Source: Leptospiraceae bacterium
GTDB lineage: Bacteria > Spirochaetota > Leptospiria > Leptospirales > Leptonemataceae
Assembly (NCBI GenBank): GCA_040217195.1
Contig: JAVJNR010000003.1
Coordinates: 608,001 to 672,000, forward strand
DNA: 64,000 nt
Direction: 5' to 3'
The notes beneath the pieces were generated by a model. That model worked only from the letters and a program-made list of their open reading frames with translations. It did no database searches and had not been told where the DNA came from. Within the stretch, counting starts at the first letter, position 1. Every line of letters begins with the position of its first letter. A program made the translations under genes and the position numbers. Positions 41,724 to 52,700 of the stretch are shown here, one piece after another.

Positions 41724-43067
41724 ATGGGAATTCTTCTATATAATCTGAGCCTCATGGCCCTGTACCCACTGTACAGATTTCTGGCCCTATTTCATCCGGG
41801 ACTAAAAGACTTTCGTAGAAGCCGCAAAGAAGGATGGCGTGCCTTTCGCCGATTCGCAAGCACAGAAAAAAAGATGCGCAAGCTCCCCGGGCATAATGCC
41901 CCCATTGTCTGGCTACATGCAGCCAGTGCCGGAGAACTGGATCAGTCTATGGCTCTGGCCCGGGAGATTCGCGATCGTAAGCCAGCCACAATCATACTTT
42001 CGGTCTTTTCCAGAAGTGTGAAAAAGCTGCCTTCAGATACCGTAGACTTTGCCTTCTATCTGCCTCTTGATCTTCCATTTGTATGGTCCAGGCTCCTGGG
42101 CCGGCTTCCAATTCATACATTCATTACCAGCACCTGGGATGTTTTTCCCAACCTGCTTCGATACCTTGCCCGAAACGGAACCAGAACCTATCTGGCATCC
42201 GGTGCATTGCCGGCGAACTCTCCAAGGTTGAAGTGGCAATGGTTCTTTGCTCCTCATTATAAACATCTTACTGGCATAGGTGCAGTGGATGAAGCCAACC
42301 AGAGCCGGTTCCAAAAGCTTTATTCAGGTCCGATTTTTGTTACCGGCGATACGCGCTTCGATACAATATTTTTTAAGCTTGAGCAGGCCAGGCTTCCTGA
42401 AGAACATAAGAAACGATTTCAGGCACTATTAAGACCACCAGCAAAGACCAAATCCGGGAAGAAGAGAAAGAAAGAGCAGATTCTCATACTTGCTTCCACT
42501 TACAAAGCTTGCGATGAAAAGCTATTTCCGATCCTTTCTGAATGGCTGGACCGGTTTCATGGATGGAAGGTCTGGATTTTTCCCCATCATATTGATTCCA
42601 ATCGGGTTAAGGAATTATCTGCAAATCTGGAAAAGGAAGAGCTAAGTGCAGATGTATTCCGGGAAGACTCGGGCAATCCGAATCTGGCAGCTCATATACC
42701 TGGCAAGAGCGAAAATAGAATTATCATAATGAATTGCCTGGGATTATTGGCACATGCCTATGCCCTGGCTCAATTCTGTTATATTGGTGGTGCTTACCAC
42801 CATCGAGTGCACAACACGGCCGAGGCAGCCGCTCTGGGAATTCCCATCATTACCGGTCCTCGAATTGAAGCCAGTCCAATCGCTGTAGATCTTCGTCAGG
42901 AAGGGGCACTTTTTACCGCACCCAGTGAGAAGTTGCTTAAGGAACTGATGTTTCGACTGGCAGAGGATTCACTGTTTCGCAAGCGTCAGGGAAAGATTGG
43001 AAAGAAACTACTGAGCAGTGGAAAAGGAGCCTCCGCCCTATTCTGCGATCAATTTTCAATCGCTTAG
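41724..43067 (+). CDS. waaA: 3-deoxy-D-manno-octulosonic acid (Kdo) transferase
   Basis: VWLHAASAGE, YLPLD, VTGDTRFD, IGG...HNTAEAAALGIPIITGP. Confidence 0.85.
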   Translation: MGILLYNLSLMALYPLYRFLALFHPGLKDFRRSRKEGWRAFRRFASTEKKMRKLPGHNAPIVWLHAASAGELDQSMALAREIRDRKPATIILSVFSRSVKKLPSDTVDFAFYLPLDLPFVWSRLLGRLPIHTFITSTWDVFPNLLRYLARNGTRTYLASGALPANSPRLKWQWFFAPHYKHLTGIGAVDEANQSRFQKLYSGPIFVTGDTRFDTIFFKLEQARLPEEHKKRFQALLRPPAKTKSGKKRKKEQILILASTYKACDEKLFPILSEWLDRFHGWKVWIFPHHIDSNRVKELSANLEKEELSADVFREDSGNPNLAAHIPGKSENRIIIMNCLGLLAHAYALAQFCYIGGAYHHRVHNTAEAAALGIPIITGPRIEASPIAVDLRQEGALFTAPSEKLLKELMFRLAEDSLFRKRQGKIGKKLLSSGKGASALFCDQFSIA

Positions 43068-43116
43068 GTCTCCCCTGGACTTCCTTTAGAAGGCTTCCGA
43101 AAAATGGAATTTAAGA

Positions 43117-43149
43117 TTTCTGGCATCGCAGCAGCGGCGATGCCAGGAA
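43117..43149. terminator. Strong hairpin between convergent waaA and fliL
   Basis: CTGGCATCGC-N7-GCGATGCCAG perfect 10-bp stem; no clear U-tract on either strand. Confidence 0.55.
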
Positions 43150-43176
43150 ACATAGATTCGAATCGTCGCAGCTAAA

Positions 43177-43710
43177 TTAGTTAACAATGAATTCCGTGAA
43201 ATAGACTTCTTTCACTTTGCCTTCCGAAAGCAAGTGATTGATGGATGCTTTCAACTCTTCCCGAAGTTCTACCTTATCTCTCTGAGAGGCCAGATCTGCC
43301 TTGGTCTTACCAGATAGAATCAGGATTATGGTGTCCCGAAGCTGCGGCGTACGCTGAGCCAGTTCTGCAGACAGGGCTTTGTTTCCCTGTTCGAAGCCTA
43401 GACTCATTTTCATCTTGATAAAGTGTGCTTCGCCCTGGTCCGCCGTATTCACTCGGAACTCTTCTGTGAAATTAAATGATTCCAGAGGAGGAGGAGGCTT
43501 TACCACGGCAATGGACGATACTTCTTTGAATTGCTCTGAAGCTGCTTCCTTTCCCACAAAATAAGCGATAAAGGCCATCAGAAGCATCCCTGCTACTGCA
43601 ATTGCAACATAAATCAGTATCTTAACAATTCTATTTAGACCAGAGGCTGCCTGCGGTTGATACTCACCACCTTCGTCTTCGCCTTCTTCTAACAGCTCAT
43701 CATCTGCCAT
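43177..43710 (-). CDS. fliL: Flagellar basal body-associated protein FliL
   Basis: Single TM, FRVNTAD, PQLRD.I, VKEVYFTEFIVN; downstream of motB. Confidence 0.92.
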   Translation of the reverse strand: MADDELLEEGEDEGGEYQPQAASGLNRIVKILIYVAIAVAGMLLMAFIAYFVGKEAASEQFKEVSSIAVVKPPPPLESFNFTEEFRVNTADQGEAHFIKMKMSLGFEQGNKALSAELAQRTPQLRDTIILILSGKTKADLASQRDKVELREELKASINHLLSEGKVKEVYFTEFIVN

Positions 43711-43904
43711 GAAAAACTCCTACTATTAGATGAGATCGGAACATTTATCAGAATTATTGCCCATTTTTTTATGTCCCGATTGGCATATGTGCATTTTGAA
43801 GATAGGTCCAGCCGTGACCAAAACCGGAGATAGTATATCCTGAACCATTGCGGCCAAGCACTTAAAAAGCCAGCAATTCTACGGCCCGGGATCAGAGTGG
43901 GCAT

Positions 43905-44106
43905 TGACGACTGATCCGGTCCTGTGGCGACTGATCCGGTCCTGTGGCGACTGATCCGGTCCTGTGGCGACTGATCCGGTCCTGTGGCGACTGATCCGGT
44001 CCTGTGGCGACTGATCCGGTCCTGTGACGACTGATCCGGTCCTGTGACGACTGATCCGGTCCTGTGACGACTGATCCGGCCCTGGGACTACTGCTCCGGT
44101 CCCGTG
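43905..44106. repeat. 20-bp tandem repeat (VNTR), about 10 units
   Basis: Unit CTGATCCGGTCCTGTG(G/A)CGA: five G-type, three A-type and two degenerate copies, the last inside the final motB codons. Confidence 0.97.
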
Positions 44107-44924
44107 TATTCCTCATCGGGTAATCGGGTTTCTGGCATTCTATAATTGGATTCCCCTGACTCCCGATTGGCGCTTTCATAGGGCAGAATTACAATGTCGA
44201 TTCGGCGATTATGGGCGGCTGCTTCTGGAGTGCCCTGGTCTCCCTCCAGAGCCAGAGGACGATAGGAGCCGTAACTTATGACCTGCATCAAAGCAGGCGG
44301 CACTCCCTGACCCTGCAGAAAAGTAGCGGAGTTTATGGAACGGGCCCCGGCTAGATCCCAGGCATTTGCATAAGTCCTTTCTCTACGGGGACTATCCTCA
44401 TCCGGACTTAATCGGGCTTCCTCGCCGGCCGCTGCATGGCCTTCGATCCGTGCGAATCGATCCACATTTTTTAGCAATGCTGCTGCTTTGATGAGAGCCT
44501 TTTCCAGTTCCGGGGTACGTTGAGCACTACCTTCCTCAAAATAGTCCGCGCCCAGAAGTGAAATGACCAGGCCTCGTTCATCCTCTGTAATCCGAACCTT
44601 CTTGGCCTGGATTTCTGGTTTAAAAATAGTCTGTGCCTGAGTTCTGCTGCGAGCCAGGGACTTTCCTTTTGTCTGAGAGGGAAGGCTTTCCAGATTCATT
44701 CCCATCTCTTCCAGGCGGCCCTTGGAAAGAGTCTGACCACCTTCGAAAAAACCCATGCTATTAGAAAAAGCCGATAGTATTAACTGAATTTCCTGGGGAG
44801 TTGCCTTACCTGTGGCAAAAAGCATTACAAAGAAACATAGCAGAAGGGTTACCATGTCCCCGTAGGTGGTCATCCAGGCCGGGGAGCCTTCTTCGCAAGG
44901 AGGACAGTTTGCTTTTTTAGCCAT
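44088..44924 (-). CDS. motB: Flagellar stator protein MotB
   Basis: WMTTYGDMVTLLLCFF TM with the conserved Asp; OmpA-like domain ending NRRIDI. Confidence 0.95.
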   Translation of the reverse strand: MAKKANCPPCEEGSPAWMTTYGDMVTLLLCFFVMLFATGKATPQEIQLILSAFSNSMGFFEGGQTLSKGRLEEMGMNLESLPSQTKGKSLARSRTQAQTIFKPEIQAKKVRITEDERGLVISLLGADYFEEGSAQRTPELEKALIKAAALLKNVDRFARIEGHAAAGEEARLSPDEDSPRRERTYANAWDLAGARSINSATFLQGQGVPPALMQVISYGSYRPLALEGDQGTPEAAAHNRRIDIVILPYESANRESGESNYRMPETRLPDEEYTGPEQ

Positions 44925-45033
44925 AGTTTACTCTCTGCTGACTCAGCTACTGGCAGGAATTTGCCAGGGCTCTGCTGCAAATTGTGCCAGGGCGAGCCAT
45001 TCGCGGAAATCAGTTCGTATTGCTGGCACCGGA

Positions 45034-45822
45034 TCAGGCGCCAGCAGTGCTTTCATCCAGGGCCGCTCTTTCTGCAGGTGGCAGGAAGGAGCTGAGCTTA
45101 TCTTTTACAATTCGAGGGTTATCGCCGGATTGAATACTCAGGATCCCCTCAATCATAATGGCTTTAATCATCATTTCATCTGCATCCCGCAAAGCCAGTT
45201 TTCGGCTCATGGGAATGGCCACCAGGTTGGCAGCCAGGGAACCATACAGAGTGGTAATCAATGCAGCCGCCATACCAGCACCAATAGCAGATGGATCCCC
45301 TGCTCCCAGGTTCTTGAGCATCTGTACCAGACCAATCAGGGTTCCAATCATACCAAAGGCCGGCCAGAAAAACCCCATATCCGTCCAGAGTTTGATCCCT
45401 TCCTGGTGACGGTTATGAATGTTTTGCATATCCGTATCAAGAATGTTCCGCACCAGTTCCGGATCCGTTCCATCCACCACTAGCTGAATTCCTTTGCGCA
45501 GAAAGGGCTCTTCCAGGCTGACCAGATCATCTTCAAGAGAAAGCAGACCTTCGCGGCGGGCCCTCTCAGAAAAGCTCACCAGGGTAAGTATAAGCTGACC
45601 CACATCCGTCTGACGGGGAAATAATGCAAATCGAGTAAACTTGGTAAAATTCAACAGTCGTGACAACGGACTGGCCACAACGGATGCGGACAAACCACCC
45701 CCGATCGTAATAAATACGGAGGGGATATCAAAAATATCCAGAGGAGAGAGACCGGCCCAGATGGTTCCGAATAGAACCAGGCCAAAACCGATTACAATGC
45801 CGCCTAAAGTCGCTAAATCCAT
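45034..45822 (-). CDS. motA: Flagellar stator protein MotA (PomA-like signature)
   Basis: ARREGLLSLE, VVDG, PAFGMIGTLIGL, ALITTLYG, QSGDNPR. Confidence 0.95.
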   Translation of the reverse strand: MDLATLGGIVIGFGLVLFGTIWAGLSPLDIFDIPSVFITIGGGLSASVVASPLSRLLNFTKFTRFALFPRQTDVGQLILTLVSFSERARREGLLSLEDDLVSLEEPFLRKGIQLVVDGTDPELVRNILDTDMQNIHNRHQEGIKLWTDMGFFWPAFGMIGTLIGLVQMLKNLGAGDPSAIGAGMAAALITTLYGSLAANLVAIPMSRKLALRDADEMMIKAIMIEGILSIQSGDNPRIVKDKLSSFLPPAERAALDESTAGA

Positions 45823-45834
45823 CTACTAACCTGC

Positions 45835-46050
45835 TTATGATCCTTTATCGGCCCTACCGTACAGCGCTTTTTCAAAAATTTTTCTCTCAAACTCCGCAAT
45901 TTTGTCCGCAATCTCTTCGGGACTCTCGCGTACAATGAATTTTCGTTCAGTGGAAAGGGTTACCACGGTATCTGGATGCTGTTCCACCGTTTCGATCAGG
46001 CGATGATTGATGTATAGTTCGGTCTTGTTCAACCGATGCAGGCAAATCAT
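45835..46050 (-). CDS. flbD: Flagellar FlbD/SwrD family protein
   Basis: MICLHRLN..ELYINHRLIETVEQHPDTVVTL...KFIVRES; start trimmed to the ATG at 46050. Confidence 0.88.
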   Translation of the reverse strand: MICLHRLNKTELYINHRLIETVEQHPDTVVTLSTERKFIVRESPEEIADKIAEFERKIFEKALYGRADKGS

Positions 46051-46172
46051 AGTTACAACCAGAGAAGCCCCGGCCCGCCGACAGAAGCAACTTCCTTTTA
46101 AGGAACATCCATACTTTCCCGGAGCCCGGGAAACACTCGACAACGGAAAGGCAAACCGGATCTCTGATGTAG

Positions 46173-47312
46173 ATGGAGTCCTCAGCATTTAAGCGCTATG
46201 GCCAGCCGGTGCTCATTATTACTCTATTTCTCGTTGTAATGGTCCTTACCGGCTTTGTAACAGGAGTCCTGAACTCCATCTGGGAATTGATAATCTCTTT
46301 GCCACTTCTTGAAGGCCTGGAAATTCCCCCTGGATCAGCTTTCAAGTTGCTGCTTTCCATCCCTTTCATGGCGGGCACCCTGGCTGTCTATATCTACCCG
46401 GGCCGGAAAGTGAGTGGCCTTTCCTGGAAGACATCTGTATCTGATACTCCTGCCTCTGGCGATGCTCGGATCTTACTGCTGGTATCTGTATTCTTTCTTA
46501 TTCCTGTGGGGGCCCAGGGAGCGGCTGCAATACTGGAAACACTTTCCTTTCGAGCGTATCCTAACTATGAGCTCTACGAAACGCTGCTGGGAATGTTCCG
46601 GCCAACCGGTCACTGGCTGGATGTGGCCGGAGCACTAATCACGGTTGGACTAATCGGTCCATTCTGCGAAGAGATGGTCTTTCGCGGCTTCATGCTCCGC
46701 GGACTTCTAAAATCAGGTACAAATTTGCACCTGGCTGTGATTTATCAGGGTTTTCTTTTCGGTCTGGTGCATGGCAATCCCTATCAGTTCAGCTACGCCT
46801 GGCCTCTGGGAATTCTTCTGGGATACATGGCCGTTTACTCTCGTTTCGGATGGGCTACAATCTGGGTGCATTGCGTAACCAATCTATTTGCAATGTTTGC
46901 CATGTACGGATTCCTTCCTTTCCTGCCGGCGGAAGCTGAACCAGGTCAGTTTCTGCCCTTCTGGTTCATGGCAGGTGGATGCCTGATGATGGCCGCCGGA
47001 GTATATCTTTACTTTGCTAACGTCGATTCAGTGGGACCAACAACTGCCATCCGATCTGTTCTGGAATCCAGTCGCTCAACAGGGGCAGTAGATGCTTCTG
47101 AGTCTTCGCATACCCGGCAACCTCCTCTGGCTGACCTGAAGACCATGTCTCAGGACTTGCTACCTTCGAAGACGGTTCATACAGAGCCGAAGAATTTTCC
47201 AGAGACAGGAACGGCACATAAGGAGAATCATTCCGATCCAGGAAGGTTTCCAGAAACTGGAACCGCACAAAAGGAGACCAACCCGGAATCTTTCCCGGAG
47301 GATAGCCGTTGA
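46173..47312 (+). CDS. CPBP (CAAX/Abi) family intramembrane metalloprotease
   Basis: PFCEEMVFRG, FGLVH, HCVTN motifs; disordered C-terminal tail. Confidence 0.88.
   Translation: MESSAFKRYGQPVLIITLFLVVMVLTGFVTGVLNSIWELIISLPLLEGLEIPPGSAFKLLLSIPFMAGTLAVYIYPGRKVSGLSWKTSVSDTPASGDARILLLVSVFFLIPVGAQGAAAILETLSFRAYPNYELYETLLGMFRPTGHWLDVAGALITVGLIGPFCEEMVFRGFMLRGLLKSGTNLHLAVIYQGFLFGLVHGNPYQFSYAWPLGILLGYMAVYSRFGWATIWVHCVTNLFAMFAMYGFLPFLPAEAEPGQFLPFWFMAGGCLMMAAGVYLYFANVDSVGPTTAIRSVLESSRSTGAVDASESSHTRQPPLADLKTMSQDLLPSKTVHTEPKNFPETGTAHKENHSDPGRFPETGTAQKETNPESFPEDSR
47196..47300 (+). repeat. In-frame imperfect repeat FPETGTA(H/Q)KE in the protease tail
   Basis: Two copies 51 bp apart plus a partial third (FPE). 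Confidence 0.7.
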
Positions 47313-48835
47313 TTTTCTCCAGCGGAATCTTTGTTTTTTTCTTTGCCCTGGTATTTTTTATTCAGTGGTATATCATCGCTCGTATTCCAGGGGAAGCAAG
47401 ACGACGAACCGTTCTATTCGTTTTCTTACTGGTTGCATCCTATCTGTTCTACATGTCCTGGGACTGGCGATTTGGGCTGCTGATTCTTTTTTCCACCTTC
47501 GTTGACTACTGGGCCGGCATCTACATAGACAGGCAGCATCGAATTGCAGAGACTATGAACGAAGAGGATGCACTGGCTCCTGTTCGCCGGGCAAAATTGG
47601 CCCTTACTGTGAGCTTGCTGGTAAACCTGGGCTCCCTGGCTACTTTCAAGTACTTTCATTTCTTTGTTGATTCATTCCATGCATTGATGTCAGCAGTGGA
47701 CCCGAATTTCGGACCGCCAGAACAGCATCAGCTATTGTTTCGCATCATTTTACCGGTGGGAATTAGCTTTTTCACCTTTCAGTCCATGAGTTATACCATC
47801 GATGTATTTCGAAAGGTGATCCCCTACGAGTCCTCCTTTCTGCGATTCGCATTGTTCGTTTCCTTCTTTCCTCAGCTGGTGGCTGGCCCTATCGTAACAG
47901 CCCGGGAATTTCTTCCTCAGCTTTCTGCATTTCCACGGATCAACAGCGATGATCTCCGCGAAGGATGTCGAATATTCCTATTAGGCTTTATCAAGAAAAG
48001 CGTTCTTGCCGATAGCGTGGCTCCCTATGCGGATATGATCCATTCAGATCCACTTTCCTATGGTTTTTTTCCACACTGGCTGGGAGCCATAGCGTTTACC
48101 ATGCAGCTGTATCTGGATTTTTCCGGTTATTCCGACATGGCCATCGGTTCTGCAAGACTGCTGGGTTTTAAACTTCCTGAAAATTTCAGACTGCCTTACC
48201 TTACAGGATCCATTTCGGAGCACTGGCAAAGATGGCATATTTCACTTTCCCGCTGGTTTAGAGACTATCTGTACATTCCTCTGGGCGGTAATCGAGTGGG
48301 TCCGGCCCGTCATAAGGTGAATCTTTTCGCAGTAATGGCCACTTCGGGACTCTGGCATGGCGCTGCATGGACCTATGTATTGTGGGGTATGACCCATGGC
48401 TTTGCCATGGTTGCAGAAGCGATTCTAAAACCCTGGACCGGCTCCCTGGCCGAAAGGTTTCATCGCCTGGGTACTGCAGGGGAACGTGCCTGGAGATTCA
48501 TGGGCTGGGTATATCAGATTCTATTTATTACAATATTCAACACGGTGCTATTTCGCGTGGAAGACATAGGAAATGCCTGGCCAATATTCAAACGATTGAT
48601 TGCCGTGGAAGGCAGCCTGGCCATGGATATTCGCCCCACCCATTATCGCACTGTATTTCTAGTTCTTATTGCGATGATTGTGGGTCACTGGCTTGGCAAG
48701 AAGTACTTCTCAGACAGTCATCTCAGAAGTCCACTGCCTCGCTGGGCCGAAAACCTGGCATTGCCTTTCGTACTGGTGACGCTCACTCAGCTGGCTGTGC
48801 TGGATCAAACTACTTTTATCTACTTTGCATTCTAG
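47309..48835 (+). CDS. MBOAT family O-acyltransferase (AlgI/DltB-like)
   Basis: LPVGISFFTFQ, FFPQLVAGPI, DFSGYSDMA, WQRWHISLSRWFRDYLYIPLGG, SGLWHGA. Confidence 0.93.
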   Translation: MIFSSGIFVFFFALVFFIQWYIIARIPGEARRRTVLFVFLLVASYLFYMSWDWRFGLLILFSTFVDYWAGIYIDRQHRIAETMNEEDALAPVRRAKLALTVSLLVNLGSLATFKYFHFFVDSFHALMSAVDPNFGPPEQHQLLFRIILPVGISFFTFQSMSYTIDVFRKVIPYESSFLRFALFVSFFPQLVAGPIVTAREFLPQLSAFPRINSDDLREGCRIFLLGFIKKSVLADSVAPYADMIHSDPLSYGFFPHWLGAIAFTMQLYLDFSGYSDMAIGSARLLGFKLPENFRLPYLTGSISEHWQRWHISLSRWFRDYLYIPLGGNRVGPARHKVNLFAVMATSGLWHGAAWTYVLWGMTHGFAMVAEAILKPWTGSLAERFHRLGTAGERAWRFMGWVYQILFITIFNTVLFRVEDIGNAWPIFKRLIAVEGSLAMDIRPTHYRTVFLVLIAMIVGHWLGKKYFSDSHLRSPLPRWAENLALPFVLVTLTQLAVLDQTTFIYFAF

Positions 48836-48855
48836 GGAACCGTCTGGTTCTCCCT

Positions 48856-48893
48856 GACATCCACTTTCGACATCCACTTTCGACATCCACTTC
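48856..48893. repeat. Short tandem repeat (GACATCCACTTTC), about 3 copies
   Basis: Two perfect 13-bp copies and one near-perfect copy, starting 21 nt after the MBOAT stop. Confidence 0.85.
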
Positions 48894-49118
48894 TCGGAGA
48901 ACAATACATTCATTTCGCATGTCTTCCCGGAACCTCATCGCCCCGGGCACAGGTATCCCGACCCATTTAATCGGAGTGAAACAGAAAAGCACAAAGGATG
49001 CAAGAGCAGGACAAAACTGAGTCCGAATCTTTTGTCCTGGGACGAAACCTTCTTCGATCAAAGAAGCAATATTCATAATTTTGATTGGCGATTTGTAGCC
49101 TTCGCCTCTGCTTGGGCT

Positions 49119-49295
49119 ATGCACCGAGGGCCCATCCTTTCTCCATGCAAATATCAATGCGAACTGTCGGGGGACCGCAGTCATTGCATAGCCTGCCTTC
49201 GCAGCATTGAAGAAATCGTAGGCTGGAGTGCCCTCTCTGATGAGGAAAGAAAGCGCTTTATGGCCGATCTGCCGCAAAGGCAGTGGCCAGAATGA
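49119..49295 (+). CDS. DUF1289-type small Cys-rich protein
   Basis: SPCxxxC...CxxCxRSIEEIxxW...EER pattern. Confidence 0.8.
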   Translation: MHRGPILSPCKYQCELSGDRSHCIACLRSIEEIVGWSALSDEERKRFMADLPQRQWPE

Positions 49296-49707
49296 GGGAC
49301 GGTGAGCCACTTTAGTAGGCTGGCCGATCTAATCGTAAAAACTGAATGTCCCCTATCAATATCCTGACAATCGGTTGTTACTGCCTTCCGAGATGGGAAT
49401 GATCTGAACCCGAAAAGCCTTTGCCCTATGGGATGCATGGATTCTGCGGCATTCTAAACCTACAGAACCGAAGCCTGATTTTAGGTCTTGCACCTGTTTA
49501 GACCAAAATGGCGAGGAACCCATTCAATCGGCTCTGCCCCTGGAATGTTTTTTCCGTCGCCCAATGAAGCGTTACAGTCATGAGGCCCATCAAAAGCACT
49601 GGAAGCAAACATATAAACTAACGAAGACTTAAATCATCACAACAAATCCTCATAGACGATACCCTGGCCCTCCGTAATTTGGGCGGCATCAAACTGGAAA
49701 GCCGACT

Positions 49708-52700
49708 ATGAGAAGTAAATTTGCCCGCATCCTATTATTCACAGGCCTGTTCGCCTGTCTCTCCTGGAGTTGCATTGCCGTCCTAACATCGGAGAACTCG
49801 AAATCAGAAGAGGATCGAAAGTGGGCCTTGCTTGGTCTCGTCAGCTCGCCAGAACAGAACGCATTGATTTCCACTCCACCCACCGTTGCAATGGAAGGCT
49901 ATGACCCGGCGCTGTTTCAGGTAGAACAAAGATCTGAGCCAGAGGAAATCGCTGTACCAATTTATGGAGAGCACTATGTTTCCATCGGGCATATCTTTGA
50001 CATCGATATAGATACAAGCCAGATGCCCGGGGCCCCGGAGGAGTATGAAACCGTAGTGCTTCCCCCAGGACAGATGGCTGAACTGACCTATGAATACGAT
50101 GAGGCGATGCTGGAAGAGAAAGGCCTCATTGAAGAATTCCAGGTATTCTCCTACGATGCAGCTTCCGGCCAATGGATTCCCGCAATGGAGCTGGAAGTAG
50201 ATAGAGAAAACAATCGGGTTATCGCACGCACAAACCACTTCACTCCTTTTGTTATTACCGCCCTTCCTCAGCCTGCCGATGGCGGAGTGTATGAACCACC
50301 TCAGTGCATCGTGGACGCTTTGCAGGACCCGGCCGGGGGTTTGACGGGACCAAAGTGGAGCCGCCTGGATGTGGGTTTTAAGTATTATATCGATCGCGGA
50401 TACACCATCCGTCACAACGATGAATTCTATGACCTGAAACTGAATGAATCACTGGGCATTTCTACCTGCAACGGAGGCACTCATGCCTCCTCCAGTAGCT
50501 ACTGCGGTACCGAGGCGCAACATAAGCATTCCGCGGCTATAGATTACCTGGATTTTTCCATTCCCTTTGATGCGAAGGTCTATGTAATGTATGACTCCCG
50601 CGGAACAGAGCGAGCGGGCTGGCTCGATGATCTGGGTTTCACTATTATTGAAGACACTTACGTAGAAACTACAGACGATGTTCGCTATTACGAAGTCTAC
50701 GAGAAGGATTACAGCGCGGGTTCGCAGGTTACTCTTCCGGGAAACCATTACGATCTGGGAAGTCCCAATCAAATCAATACAAACTACTTCGTGGCCGTGC
50801 TACCGCAAGGGGACTGGGCCACCCAGGCCGGTATCGACTGCTCGGGTCAACCCTTGCGTCCGGCCAAACCAGAAGGCATTTCGCTGATTCCCGGGTCGGA
50901 CCGCATTTCCATTGTACTGGACCAGCAGATAGAACGTGAAGTCACGGGCTTGATCGTTCGCCGGCGACTGCAAGAACCAGCTATGTCACCAGAACGCGGA
51001 GAAGCCTTGGGACTCGATATTCAGGACCCAGGGTACATGATAGATACCGGGCTCACCGAAGGAATGGTCTACTATTACAGCTTCTTTGCGGTTACAGATG
51101 ACGGGCTGTATTCTGCTCCGCTCATTCTGTCTGCTCAAACCGGACCCGATGATGATGGGGATGGCCTTGCGAACTACTATGAAAACAATCCATCCATCGT
51201 CTACTACGGCGGAAACGGCACGGAACCATCCCAGGATGATACAGATTCTGACGGCATTGATGATCTGACCGAGGTCTTAGAAGGAACAGATCCAACCCAT
51301 AGCGATCATACTGCGCCGGTCATCATAGGCTTTAACGACAACAGAACCATCAATACTATACCGATGGCTCGTTTTCACATCGAAGTGGAAGATGAATCGG
51401 AAATCACCGGCTACTATATATCGGAAGGCACGACCCCTCTGCCCAACAACTCCAACGAATGGATCACGGAAAAACCAAACACATGGCCCATCGAAAGCCT
51501 GGGAGAAGTGACTCTCAATCTCTGGGTACGCGATGAAGCTGGCAACGTGAGCGAAATGGCCAGTCTGGAACTGGAGTTTCCGTATTTTAGCTATACGGAG
51601 AAGCTCATAATTTTCAGCGCAGAATATCCAGCGGCCTCCCTAATCCCGCTGGACTGGGCGAACTTCAATACCCGCATTCCCTCCGGCATCGGACCTTCGC
51701 CGGATTATACAGAATACGCCTTTGGCCAGGGAGGACTTCTTGCGATAAATGGCACTTCCATCCGTTTCCTTAGCGAAGATGGACAAAATGAAATATTCAC
51801 TGCTAACTCGCCGCTTCCAGACAATGCTGTCGTTGACTCTCTAGATTACGATGCAGACGACGATTTCTGGATTTTGTCGTATCATCTGGAATCAGAGCCA
51901 ACCAGTGTGGATTGTGACACGATATGGAATTCCCAATGCTTTGTTTCGTTGAGAATCAACCCTTCAGAAGGCTCTTACCAGGTCGTAGATACCATAATTG
52001 CAGGTGCTCCTGCTAGCCCATCCTCCTTTCGCAGGGAAGGCCAAGAATCGAACTATGACTCAAACCAAAACCGGTTGAGTATCCAGATAACCAGAGTCTC
52101 CTATTACAATGGTGGTTTCGTATCTGTCCCGTTACTTATCATGGTAGATTTTAGCAACGATCAATTTAACTTGCAGCATCTGGTCCTGGACCAACGATTC
52201 TTCTGGCCCCACCCTTTGCCAACCGATCCGGCATTTGTACCAAACTTCGCATTCGCACCCGATGATCCCCTTGTTGTCATGACGGGAACTCCCGCTACGA
52301 GAGGCGAAAATGGTTTGCACGTTATGCGAAGAAATACCGGCACCTTTGACTACTTTGAAAGCCAGATAGGTAATGTCTGGCAGCCGCTAGGCACCTACCT
52401 GCCTGAGTACACCTATGAAAGTGTTGGCTTCCTATCCGAGGATCGGCTCCTTGCTGTCCGGGTGGGGGCAGTGGATCTCCTGGCATTCGACACCACCACG
52501 GGCGCGATATCATTTATCAAGCAAATGGATGCAGATGCCAGCATCACCGAAGGCAGCACTTTAGAAATTAGCGAATCCGGGGATGTCGCCATAATTCTAA
52601 CTGCTGAGCATTCCCGATTACTAATGATCAATAAAGAAAGGGAAGAAATATGGCGCAGGAAGCTGATCGGGCACAATCCGGCCGCTGGGACCAGAGGCAT

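Noticed and set aside
43905..44106. Repeat array as a CRISPR
   Set aside because: The units are head-to-tail with no unique spacers, and no cas genes are in the window; it is a VNTR.
43892..44179. 95-aa minus-strand ORF with repeated QDRISRHRTGSVATGPDQS
   Set aside because: It is a by-product of a stop-free 20-bp repeat and overlaps motB out of frame; there is no independent coding evidence.
28546..48835. SGNH-like protein and MBOAT as one O-acetylation locus
   Set aside because: They are plausible functional partners but lie about 18 kb apart with unrelated genes between them, so the sequence gives no linkage evidence.
49296..49707. Structured RNA in the 400-nt region upstream of the large surface-protein gene
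   Set aside because: Only a short imperfect inverted repeat (GGTCT...AGACC) was seen, with no recognisable riboswitch or sRNA motif.
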